This document shows positions 28,121 to 40,111 of a DNA stretch of 64,000 nt, in pieces. The DNA is taken from positions 2,790,001 through 2,854,000 of the forward strand of contig CP075494.1 of NCBI GenBank assembly GCA_021613535.1, written 5' to 3'. The notes under the pieces were generated by a model that saw nothing but the letters and a program-made list of their open reading frames with translations, was not told the origin of the DNA and ran no database searches. A program made the position numbers and the translations under genes. Positions within the stretch are counted from its first letter, which is position 1, and the number at the start of each line of letters is the position of its first letter. Source of the DNA: Adineta vaga (taxonomy: Eukaryota; Animalia; Rotifera).

Positions 28121-31100
28121 ATGAAACGAACATTGAAATCCAAGTATTCTGGTTCATATAGTCAAAATGTAAGCGGCAAGAAGCGTGGTAAAACCAGCAT
28201 TCCTTTGGATGAATTAATTACTGCTGTGTCACATCTTGGTAAAAAATTATCTAAACTGGATAATGATAAACAATGGCGTGCATTTACCTCTTTATGGTCT
28301 CAATTAGCTAATGATTTAGCTACTCGTCTACCAATTAAGAATGATCTTCGTATTCGAAAATACATTTATGCTACATGGCATCGCGAATCATCAAATCTTC
28401 GATCTCATTTTATCAAAGATCCATTACCAAATAGTAAAAAAACTAATCTAGAAGAACTTCCATCAACACCAAGCTTGACAAAAATGTGTACACGATCAAA
28501 AAGCGGTAGCAAATCAAGTACAAATATCGACACGAATAAAAGTCAACAACATTTAATTGAATTTTCTTATGAAGAATGGCAAAATGTATGTTTTAATAAT
28601 TAATATCTTTACAAGAAAATTCATCATTTAAGTTTCTAATAATAATTCGTTCTTTTTAGATTTACAAAAAAGAAGCTAAATCTCACTCTATGGATTCCTC
28701 ATGGAGTGATAAATTTTATGATAAATTAGTCTCTTCGAAATTAATTACTTGCAGTATTGTTTTTGATGACTCAAGACTTCGCCAATTATACACACGAAAA
28801 GTGAATAGTCCTTTATTCAAATGTCATGCCTGTTGTTCAAATTCGACTTGTCCATTGACTGTAAAAATTAATATGCTAAAATTGGCTTTACCTGGTGAAT
28901 CAGTCGTTTTTCGAGTGAAAATTATCGGTACTCCACGACATGATGATCCATTAGAGATTAATCAACGTCCATTGACAGGTGCCAAACGAGTACAAATGGG
29001 TAAGTTATCTTGCTATTTTGATTTAATAAATAGTCTTTGTCGCATTCTGTTTTGTTTAGCTAAAATGGCAAAAGAACATGGGATTTTAGCAACATACGAA
29101 AAGAATCTACTCAATGCCGATGATGATCTTCTAAAGTGCAATAATTATACTGGAGTGCATACTACACACGTGATTGCAAGAGCTGTAAAAGAACAATCCG
29201 ACAACTTGTGCCTTCATAAAGAGTTGCTCGTTGAATTGCAAATGATGTTGTTTTCTATGAGAGAATCAGATCAAACTTCTAGTATACAAAATAAAGGTAT
29301 GTTTTATTCTAATATGTATTTAATATGTTTTATTCTTCGACTATGATATGTATTTAGGTTATATACAAGTTCTTCAATTATGGCCTTTTGCTACAATATT
29401 TTTTACTGAAGCACAATTACTTCAATATATCGAATATTGTTCATCGACAAAAGATTCGTATATCTATATTGATGCAACTGGTTCCATCGTCAAACAAATA
29501 CCTAAACAACGAAAACCTTATTTATATCTTATCTGTTTTAAAGATGGCCCAGGTGCTTGTAATTTATTACCTCTAGCTGGTGCGTTATTAACGGATCATT
29601 CAGCTGCATCTATTGGTAATTGGCTATCAATTGTTCGTCGAGGTATTGCAGCTGTTAAGAACGGTCGATTTATTCGACCGAGTTACATTGTTATTGATTT
29701 TTCGCCAGCATTATTAAATGCTGTATTGTTGAGTATTAATCAAACAAATATTCAAACTTATTTACAATGGTGTTTTAATGTAATCAAAAAGAAATATACA
29801 AAGGATCAATTAAACTTAGTATCGTGCATACGATTTTGCTGTGCTCATGTAATGAATGCTTTTGCACGATCTTTATCAAAATTGAATCTTAGAAAAAATG
29901 TTCGAAAAAAAGTTATGATGGTTTTTGGTATTTTACTCAATTGCAATGAATTTAATCAATGCTACGATCTGATTGTTCTTATTGTATGGATATTTGGATC
30001 AAATGAACTGGAAAAAACCGAAGAAGCACTTGATGAAATTATCCAAGTAATAGGATACATATACACAAATATTATTTCGCACATCGATTCTCATTTTAGG
30101 TTGGTGCTGATTATTTACCTGAATTTGCAGAATTTCTTGAAGATGATAATCTTACAAATGCTGAAAGTTTAATCGAACATGAATTAGCTGAATTAGATGA
30201 CATTTTTTTGTCATCACAACCGATTCTACATCAATCAGCATTTACAAGATTGGCTCGTGAACGATCACCATTATTATCCAACATTATGGATGAACCAAAA
30301 AAAAAGAAACAACAACAAATAAAAAATCCATTATTTTCTAAAGAATTAGTTAAGGTTTTTTATAAATGGATTGCTTATTTACCACTTTTTACTGGATTAA
30401 TGTATCAATTTCAAGACCGGTAGGAAAATTTCATTTAATAAACTTTTTCTTAAATTGATTAATAATAATAGATATGCATCTGATGCTGATATTGATATGA
30501 ATTCAAAAACATTAACAAGTGGTCGCGTTTCGAATGCACCAATTGAATCTTTCTTCAAGATATTAAAACATTCTATTCTTCGGCATCAAACAAATCTTCG
30601 ACCAGGTGAATTCCTGTTGTACTTATATTCAACAACAAATGCTCGAATTAAAGCAAATCAATTTAATATTCAACAAACAGGATCAAAAAAACGTGGTCGA
30701 CGGAAAAAACAGCAAATTGATCAAATTGATTCAACCATGCTTATGGAACAATGGAAGAAACGAGGTACCGAAGTTGCAACTCGTGGTGTTTATTTTTCTA
30801 AATATGTTGAACAAAAATTATTACCAAATGATATTCGAAGTCGTCTACGAGAAAAACTTCAGTAAGTTTAAATTTCTTTAATAAGGTGCAATTGAATGCA
30901 TAATATTATTTGTATATAGAATGAGAAAAGATCGATTAGATGATGTTGAAGATAATGATGATATGCCAAACATTCCAGCAATGGATGCACCATCCGAAAT
31001 GTAAGTCAAGTTTTGTATTGCACCTTTGTATAGATTGAATATCTATCTTTGTCATAAAGAATGTATTCTATAGATCTGTTCGCATTTTATTTGTTTTATC

Positions 31101-32765
31101 TTCAAATATCTCTTTGTCTTTGAATTCTATTCCCGTTGCAATATGTATTCGAGAGAGATAAAAGCGTATTTTTTTTGAAAAAAAACATTCTTGTTGTCTT
31201 ATCAGTTCGTAAACTATTTGTCTTTCATTTAAGGTATTCTACGAAACCGGATGAAAATGTTGAAGTCGAAGAGATTCCAGAACCAATCGAACATGTTGAA
31301 ATTGAAGAAGTTCCGAAACCACTTGAAAATATTGTAATTGAAGAAATTTCGACACCTGTGGAAATTATTGAATATCAAGATGTTCCGAAACCAATTCAAG
31401 AATTAAATGTAAATACAAATTCAAAAATACCTATTCTTTGTAATGAAGGTCAAAAACTTAAGTCTGTTACTGATAGTGGTATTAGTTCGCAATCAAAACT
31501 TGATGCATTATGTGAAAAAGATTCTAACCTGAAGGAATATGTAAAAAAAATGTCACAAAAAACACGTCGTATTCATGGTAATAACGATAAGTTTATTGGA
31601 TTTTGTGAACGAAAAAATTTGCCGACATATACATTGATTGGAAATTTGAAATTACGTTTTCCACATTTCAATATTCCACCAACTTTTATTAATGCCACCT
31701 GTCAATATTCTGCTATAAATACATGCTCGTTGGATTCTTCATTATTTTTACTTTATTACATCTATATGTCACGTTCAGAACAATTTCGCTCTTTATTTAA
31801 TTCCGACATTCCAGTTTGTCTGCGATTACGGCAAACGTTTGATCTCGTCGAAAAAAAAGGATGGGATTTTCCAAGAGTGTATTGGATTACAACTAATGGA
31901 AATTATTCAAATCAAGAAGCTGGTTATTCACAAATTGATTTACATGGAACTGCTGATACCAATGTTTTTCAATATGTCAGAGAAATTCAAAAGTATGTTA
32001 TTAAATCAACCTGTACGTGTACAGAGTGTCCAAAATTGGTGCGACAAACTCATTCTGTCGATATCAGTTTACCGTAAGCTCTTCTATATTATTCTCTTTG
32101 TGATAGCTAATCAATTCTAACTTTTTAAGACAATTAAGTGGCCGTAATCGACGCATCATCAATTTAACGAGTTTTTCTGAACAATCTATTACAGATTGTC
32201 AATCTACAATTGGTCCTGATGAGCCAACATCGTACAATGGATCATATGCTCGAGATGATTTCTTTCCAGCTAAGAATGGTAAAGGTACCAGGTAAATATA
32301 GCTAGTCGATTTGAGAAAAAATATCTCCCTGATACCTTGTGAATTAGAACTATGTATGTATGTAATTCCAATCGAATTGCTGAACCGAATCAATTTGTTT
32401 ATAAATCACCACCAATTATAATTCTAAATGTTGGCCGAAGTGTAACTAATAATGAGAAAAATACAATAGTAACAATATCGGTTAAAAATTTACCGTATGT
32501 AATTGTTATTGGGAAACAACGGTGAGTCTCATGATTATATAATTATAATTTCCAAAAAAAACTAATATTTGTTTTTAGTTATAATCTAGCTGGAGCAATT
32601 TGTCCAGGAGCCGATCACTTTACTGCTACCATTGTTTATGCTAAAGGTCGATTTGCAAAATACGATGATCTAAATAAATTCGGCGTAAAAACCAATGAAG
32701 GTGGCGATGACTTTGTCGAAACAGCTGTCTATGCCATTGAAATGAACAATGATGAAGATGACTAG
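28121..32765 (+). CDS. MULE-type DDE transposase fused to a C-terminal USP-fold (peptidase C19/C98-like) cysteine protease, 11 exons, ~1,294 aa
   Basis: Exons 28121-28585, 28660-28999, 29060-29296, 29358-30046, 30100-30419, 30472-30861, 30920-31000, 31234-32073, 32130-32291, 32348-32521 and 32579-32765 splice in frame with no stop. Transposase motifs YIDATG / VIDFS / CCAH / NAPIESFF; protease motifs NTCSLDS, YNLAGAICPGADHFTA, KYDDL. Confidence 0.88.
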
Positions 32766-33149
32766 AATTTGTCTTTATTATTTGTCAACATATCTGTTTC
32801 TTCACTAGTCAGATAATTTCTTTTTTTTAAATTGTTATCTTATTATTTTTACTTGTACATATTTGTTGATCATGTAGTTATGCAAGAGCATATGCTATTG
32901 CATGTATATATAGATGATTTATAGGTGTGTTATACTGCATATTAAGAAACGTACGATATTAGTATTGGAACATCTTATTTTATCTCTATGTTCATAAGGT
33001 TAAGTGAAGGCTTTGATTCTTTTCTATCATTCGTTTTTCATGATTCTTCAATCATTTAAAATTGTTACTATTTTTCTTTCTTGAAACGTTCAATCTTTCA
33101 ATAAAAAATGGACAACAAATAAACATATCTATCTTTTTTAGGCAATGTT

Positions 33150-36100
33150 GATGCAAAAACTCAGACAGCTACTAGAATTTATACATGAGAAAAGATGACT
33201 CAATAAAACCTATCGAATGAATTATAAGTAGCTAGTTATGGCATATATTTGAGTATAAATCTATCAAATACATAGTTGCTCAAGAACATATTTCCTGAGA
33301 CTTTAAAATGTTATTGTTAAAACAGCAACATGGATAATACTGATATATATATGTCATTGATAGAATTAAGTGAGAATTATTCAATAGTGAACGTTTCAAT
33401 GTTGACACAAACGAGAAAGTCCCTAAAATAGGTAAATACTCGATAATAGTAACCTCTATTGAGTTTTTCAGTACATGCGACACAAAAAATAATATCGAAA
33501 ACATTGAATTAAACATCGCCTGATGGGGGATAGTGAGATCTATCAAATCGTATATGTATTAACACTGGCACATCCTTTAGTAGGAATCTAGAAGGTGGAC
33601 TCTTTAATACAAGCACTTTTGTTATATTTTCGACATGTTTTGTATCAAAAACTCAAACAAACATCAATCAATTATATACCATTCGATAGAATGGAATGAG
33701 ATCTACCGGATAGCAGATGTATCAGCATTGGCACACGCGTTTACATGAACCTGTAAGGTAAATTCTTAAAAAGTATGCACACATATTGAACATTTCAGAT
33801 GTTAGCATCCAAAAAGTGACATCAATAAGGTTCAGTGATACCTTCTTCGATAGAACTAAGTGAGATCTATCGATTAGTGAACGTTTCACCGCTGGCACAT
33901 ATATCAATATGAATAAAAAAAGGTAAATAGTCAATAAACAACTTCACCTGTTGAGTTTTTCAGGTCCTTTCATACAAAATATAATACGGAAAATGTTGAA
34001 TTATACATCATTCGATAGAGAGCAATAAGATCTATCGGATGGTATGTGTATTAGTCCTGGCATATATTTCAACACGAATTGTGAAGCTTCAACGTTGCTG
34101 ACAACCACACCTATGGAGTTTTCAAGATAATAATGCATGGAAAACAATACATATAGCAATAGATTGTGTTTCATTTGAAAGAGCAAAGCGAGATCTGCCA
34201 ATCGATGTACATATCGGCGTTGGCACAAAGGCATACACGAATGCAGAAAGTAGATCCTCAATAAAAAGCGCATTTGTATCGGTTTTACGATTCCATGAGT
34301 CAAATATTAGCACAGAAACTGTTCAATAAGATATCTTTCGATAGAGAAAGCTGAGATCTATCGATTGGTTTGAATAGCAGCATTGGCACAATTTTTAATA
34401 TGAATCCATACGGGAAATTCTCGATAAACAATAAATTTGTTGAGTTTTACACATATTTCAGACCGAAAAGTAACAGAGATTACCTTGAGCGATATCTCGT
34501 TTGATAGAACCAAGTGAGATCTATCGAATGATATATATTTGAATCTTGGCACACACATCAAACCGAATGTGTAAATGGAATTCTCGATAATATGCACATC
34601 TATTGAATTGTTCATCTACTAAACCTCGCAGAAAAAGAGATAATTATAAATGAATTTATACATGAATGTGTAGAACTTAATAAGTTTTATCAATTGCTGC
34701 ATATGCCAGCACTGGCACATACATGAACACGATATATCAAGGTAGATGCTTAATAACAGACACACCTGTTCAGTTTTTTTATGTATCGGTTCGAAAGATG
34801 ATATCAATAGAACTGATTTATATCTCGTTCGATAGAACTAAATAAGCTGCATCGAATAGTATATATATCAGGCATGGCACATATTGCAAAATGAATCCAT
34901 CATTAAAACTTCGGATGAGAAACATATGAGTCAAATCTTAGAGGAACATATCTGATGGAGTTTTACAAATGATAGGATGCTATTGTTAATACAACTAATA
35001 ATAAACTATATCTTATTTCATAGAATCAAATAAGACCTTTGCATTTATGCACTTACGCACGTTGGCATATACTTAAATATGAAATGCAAAGGTAACTATT
35101 TGGCAAAGCACCTGTTGTGTATTTCCCACTAAATATATGAAACGAGTAGAGACGTGTCACTAACTTATACTTAATTTTATCGAGCCAAATGAAATCTATC
35201 GAATGGTGCATGTTTCGACCTTGGCACATTCGTGAAAAAGAAATAATGATAACAACTCACAACAACAAATACTGCTCTTGTGTTTTTTCAACTATCAAAA
35301 TTGAAAAGGTGATACATATCTAGGTAAATTGTATCACATTTGATACAACTCAATATGATATATTAAATAGAGTATGTAACAACCTTGGCACATATTTGAA
35401 TATTAATCTGAAAGGTAGATTTTCAATAATTGTGCATATCATCTAATATTTTCACATTATTAAAGAAGAAAGAAACAACATGAAAGGCATTGAAATATAT
35501 CTCATTCGATAGAACAAGACGAGATCTGTTGAATGGTGTACGAATTAATCTTGGCACACATTTGAACACGAATCGAACAGGTAGATGATTGACAACAAGC
35601 ACATGTGTTGGGCATTTACATGTTATGGTCAAAATGAGAACATATTTGTACGTGAATTGTATTTTGATTGATAGAGCAGAGTGAGATCTAGCGAATGGTA
35701 TGCGTATCAGCTTTGGCACACGTTTCAGCATGAATTATGAAAATATATCTTGAGTATCAAGTACATGTGTAAGGTATCTGAGTATCTGTGGTTAAAATAT
35801 GACAAAGATAATACTGAATTGTATCTCATTCGATAGAACTAGTTAAGATCTATCGAATGGTATATGTTTTGACATTGGCACATATTTGAATACGAATCAG
35901 GAATGCAAACAGTTGATATGAAAGATATTTGTTATCTTTTTCAAATGCTGCTGATCAAAGATATCATATATAACACTGAGTTATATATCACTCGATGGCT
36001 TTAACAGTAGTAATCTGTCAAATGGTATCTATCCGGGCCGTGGCACACGTGTGACAGTGAATAGGGAAATACAATTTCTTCACACGAGCACTGCGGTTGT

Positions 36101-37390
36101 ATTTTGTACGTAGTAAAGATTGAAAATATGATACAAATAACATTCATCTATATTTGATTTGATAGAACTAAAGTAGAGCTATTGATTGCTGTATGTATTA
36201 CCGTTGGCACATATCCTATCATCAATATATAAGATTGATGCCTGACAGAAAATATCCTTATTGAATTATTCGGATTTCATAGTTAAAAAGGTAATACATA
36301 ATACTGAATTGTATCTCATTCGATAGAACTAGTTAAGATCTATCGAATGGCATATGTTTTGACATTGGCACATATTTGAATACGAATCGAGAAGGTATAT
36401 TCATTGTAACAAGCACATTAGATCATTTTTGAAATTTTTTTACCAGAAAAGTAATACCAATACGGCTGAATTATACTTCATTCAACAGGCCAAACTGAGA
36501 TCTATCGAATGGTACATGCTTCAGTTCTGGCACATGTGTTACAATGAATATGTAGTTTTATTTCTCCAGACCATAGATGCACAGGTGAAAGCTTTGAGGG
36601 ATGAGTACTTAAAGAATATGAATAATATAGATGTATGATATATTAATCGATAGAGCTAAATGAAATTCGTTGAATGAAATATATTTATGCATATACAAAC
36701 GTTGACACATACTAAAAGAAAAACTGCCATGAACCTAAGATTCAATACTTATTGCTCTAAACACCTTCTGGTATGGTTTAGTACATTCCCATACTAATTA
36801 TCAATTACAATTAACAAAGAATTTTATTGAAGATAATAGAAGTATTTCATATTTGATGAAATTTCCAAGTTTATATCGAATATATCTATATATGTGAATT
36901 ATAAGTTGGATAAGTGATATTGGTATGTACATGAAAGGTTTTGAAAAACTTCTAGGTCCATTTTATGATTTCAAATGTATTCAATGATACATCATTCGAT
37001 CCAGTTTTTCACGCTGAGTCGAATGAAATCGGTTTTAGATGTGGCACACATTGCGAAATGAATATATATAGGAAATATGTGGTAAAATGGTGATTTTTGA
37101 TGGTTTTAGGCGATTTTCATTGAAATTATTGTTTACACGATGCAATGGTACACACCATTCGATAGAGCACGTCGAGATGCATCGAAATATATGATTTGTT
37201 GTGAGTTGCAGAGTAAGGGAGCGAATATTTTCAAGAAATATGATTTTTGTGAAATTGTCCCCATGGAGAAAAAATACATTTTGACGACTGTAGACAACTG
37301 TGTGAAGTTGTTACAAAATGTAATCATACTTTTGGATAGAGCTCATCGAGATCTACCTGGCACACGACAAAGGACAGGTGGCACACCTTC
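33150..37390 (-). repeat. Right-arm degenerate tandem array, ~163-bp period (longer than the left arm)
   Basis: TGGCACA recurs at ~33566, 33728, 33892, 34057, 34220, 34383, 34546, 34712, 34875, 35221, 35384, 35551, 35713, 35875, 36041, 36204, 36365 and 36527. Confidence 0.85.
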
Positions 37391-37443
37391 TCAGGTGAAT
37401 ATTATTAAGAAAAAGTCGAATCCGTGGCCAACTTCATCTACAT
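35880..37443 (-). repeat. Right TIR (1,564 bp)
   Basis: Reverse complement of 24084-25647. Confidence 0.92.
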
Positions 37444-38951
37444 ATAGCGATGTATTTCCATAAAATACAGTCTATATAAGAAAACCATTGCACGTGCTTA
37501 GAGAAATCAACACATCGCAAGTAGAAAAAACTCTCGAAGATCTTCCTCCCAAAGTAATTCCTATTCCAATGATAACAAAACAATTTAATATCCCTATCAA
37601 GGAACTCTTCGGTCGACTGATTGAACATGTACAAAATGGAAAAAGAATTTCAGAAACAATTCAAGTTACAAGAAAGCAGTTACCAATCGTTCCTGCCTAC
37701 GCAATAACTACATATAAGGCGCAAGGACTCACAATGAACAAAATTGTCGTCGACCTTCAAGTTCCACTTGGAACGATGCAAGTGGCATCCGTCTATGTAC
37801 CACTCAGTAGAGTAAAGAGAGCGGAGGATGTGGCTATTCTTCGGCCTTTCGACACGAAGGTGCTGCAAATTCGATCCTCTCTTGTTCAAGACGCTGAACT
37901 GAAACGTCTAGATGAACTCGACAGAAAGACAAAGCAATAGTGTACCTCTTTCATTTTTTGAACGTGTATAAAGCGATAGTTGGCTAAGAGTCTAACGTTA
38001 TTGCAACCATACAAAGCGTATTATTATTTGAAATTACCTTAAAATAATTATTCAGATATGTTCATTTACTTTACCTCTCTATTTACAGTTATGCTAATTA
38101 TGGTATAATTGTCTCTTTTCTCTCATTGTATTAGATAGTTCCTATCTTGTTTTCTTGATTTCGCTTTTAGATATAATTACTCATAATATTCCCAGTTATA
38201 ATGATACTTCTTCGGAATATCTTATCCTCTATTTAACATTTGGTATAAATATCTATTGCTAGTTTTGTGCAAATATCTAATCTATGCTGGAAATAAACTT
38301 ATATACACCATAATGCACCAAAAATATAACATCTGAAAGCAGTATTTCTACGAGAAAGAGCTAAGCGAGTCTATAAAGACGAGCTTTACTTGTTCAACTT
38401 TTCTTGTCTTTTTCAGGTGCCTTGTTTTCTGATTATGATAACGAAAATCTGAATTAAACTTTTCGAAATCATTTCTATATTTAAAATTCATTATTAGATT
38501 TTGATTTTTACGAAACAAATTCATAAACTCGTACTCATCGAATAGAAATCAATGATTTTCGCTTTAAAATTTAAAAATATTCAGAAGAGGTTCTACTAAA
38601 GAAAATTTTCATTTGAAAGGAAAAAGATACAAATTAATGCTCATGTCTAAAACTATCTCAAACAAATCAAGTCTATACAGTTGGTTTTGTCTTTTTCTTT
38701 CAAAACAACTCTTCAGTCACGAGTTCGATAATAAATATACTTTTAACTTTTTTTTTTGGTACTTTCAATTATCTCTAACGATGATCATCTCTTTTAATTT
38801 GTAAAATGACGAAGAAAAAAACAAAGAGTCGTATACTTCAAGTTATTAATGAAATCAAGTGAAAAATAAAATGAGAGAAGTTTCTTTCTCTTCATATTCA
38901 TTTTAACAAATTCTTGTCGACTAAAAAAATCTTATAATATAAGAAGAAGAA

Positions 38952-39893
38952 ATGGTATCTATTACAACCTGGTTATATTCATTACTTATTTTACTTATTC
39001 CATCATTTTTTTGTTTATTATTCGTTCTTTATCATCTTCTTTTCGATCGGACACTTCGTCATGCTCTTCATAATCATGTTATTATTGTTATTCTTTTTAT
39101 TGATCTGATTAGTCTAATGACAATATATCCATGGATGATTTATTTCTTTTATCATAATATTGTTTGGGAAAGATCATTATTATTTTGTGAAATTTGGTCA
39201 TTTCTTGATTGGGGATTCACTTACACTCATACAATACTTTTTGCTTGGGCAACAATTGAAAGACACATACTTATATTTTATGATCGATGGTTATCAACAA
39301 GAAAGAAACGTTTATTTGTTCATTATCTACCAATTCTTATTCTTTTTCTTTATTGTTTTATTTATTATTTCATCATAAACTTCTTTCCACCTTGTGAAAA
39401 TTTCATTGTTGATTATCAAACAATGTGTTCATCTGTATGTGTCTTGAATATATATATAATTTCTATGTATGAGTCGATAGTTCATCAAATAGTTCCTATT
39501 TTTACCATTCTCATATTTACTGTCGCCTTGTTTTTACGTGTTTTATGGCAAAATCATCGTGTCCATCAACAAATTCAATGGCGAAAACAACGAAAGATGA
39601 CAATTCAATTATTATCAATATCCATACTTTATCTTGTATTTTTACTCCCTTTCTCAATAGCTGTTCTTCTTCAAACATTTATCACAATACCTGTTGCTTT
39701 TTATCAATATGTTTCGTTTGTCCCATTTTTAACTTATTTTCTATTTCCTTTATTTCCTTTTGTTTGTGCTTTATCCTTATCCGAACTTCGAAAGAAACTC
39801 ATGAAATTTTTACATTTACGACAAGGAACAAGACGTGTTGGTCCTGATACATTACTAATGGGAACTGTTATGATCACACAAAGACGAAATTAA
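38952..39893 (+). CDS. Rhodopsin-like 7TM GPCR (tandem copy 2), intronless
   Basis: 313-aa close paralog of 22498..23439; upstream and downstream flanks are also duplicated. Confidence 0.9.
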   Translation: MVSITTWLYSLLILLIPSFFCLLFVLYHLLFDRTLRHALHNHVIIVILFIDLISLMTIYPWMIYFFYHNIVWERSLLFCEIWSFLDWGFTYTHTILFAWATIERHILIFYDRWLSTRKKRLFVHYLPILILFLYCFIYYFIINFFPPCENFIVDYQTMCSSVCVLNIYIISMYESIVHQIVPIFTILIFTVALFLRVLWQNHRVHQQIQWRKQRKMTIQLLSISILYLVFLLPFSIAVLLQTFITIPVAFYQYVSFVPFLTYFLFPLFPFVCALSLSELRKKLMKFLHLRQGTRRVGPDTLLMGTVMITQRRN

Positions 39894-40111
39894 TAAATAT
39901 TTTTCATTTCATTATGTATTTGTTTTGTATTGTAAAAATAAAATCGATGCTTTTAAACAACAATGTTTCAATTTATTAATGAAAAAAAATCAGCAGACTG
40001 AATAAAATTGATGCAAAACAAAGTACGTATTTGTGTTACTTGAAAGATTTAAATGAATCCTATTAGAGAAAAATTTCTTGAGACTAAACAATTTCATAGT
40101 ATATTTTTCTA

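Larger units (their letters stand above)
24084..37443 (+). mobile_element. 13,360-bp foldback Mutator-like DNA transposon (Rehavkus/FB-NOF-like), probably autonomous
   Basis: 9-bp TSD ATAGCGATG (24075-24083, 37444-37452). Termini ATGTAGATGAAGTTGGCCACGG...CCGTGGCCAACTTCATCTACAT. Long TIRs and an intact internal transposase. Confidence 0.93.
23945..37940 (+). pseudogene. C-terminal PIF1-like helicase fragment of Helitron RepHel, split by the MULE insertion (23945-24083 and 37453-37940)
   Basis: 'MPVLLTDNIACELGLSNGTQG' continues after the insertion as 'QLPIVPAYAITTYKAQGLTM..IVVDL...YVPLSRVK' (helicase motifs V/VI). In-frame stop near 37461; Rep domain absent. Confidence 0.8.
23654..38393 (+). 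mobile_element. Non-autonomous Helentron/Helitron2-type element (~1.4 kb once the nested MULE is removed)
   Basis: 14-bp subterminal inverted repeats CTCTTTCTCGTAGA (23655-23668) and TCTACGAGAAAGAG (38347-38360). 3' imperfect hairpin at 38363-38386, 5' GCTT microsatellite at ~23692-23716, T/T junctions with no TSD. The element is absent at the paralogous site (~43891-43910) and carries PIF1 helicase fragments. Confidence 0.8.

Noticed and set aside
24140-37390. CRISPR-like array (palindromic repeat plus constant-length spacers)
   Set aside because: The 'spacers' retain faint mutual homology, the repeats are not identical, no cas genes are present, and the arrays sit inside the arms of a eukaryotic transposon.
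24084-37443. LTR retrotransposon or Polinton/Maverick interpretation
   Set aside because: Repeats are inverted, the TSD is 9 bp, and there is no RT, integrase, PolB or capsid gene; the only gene is a MULE transposase.
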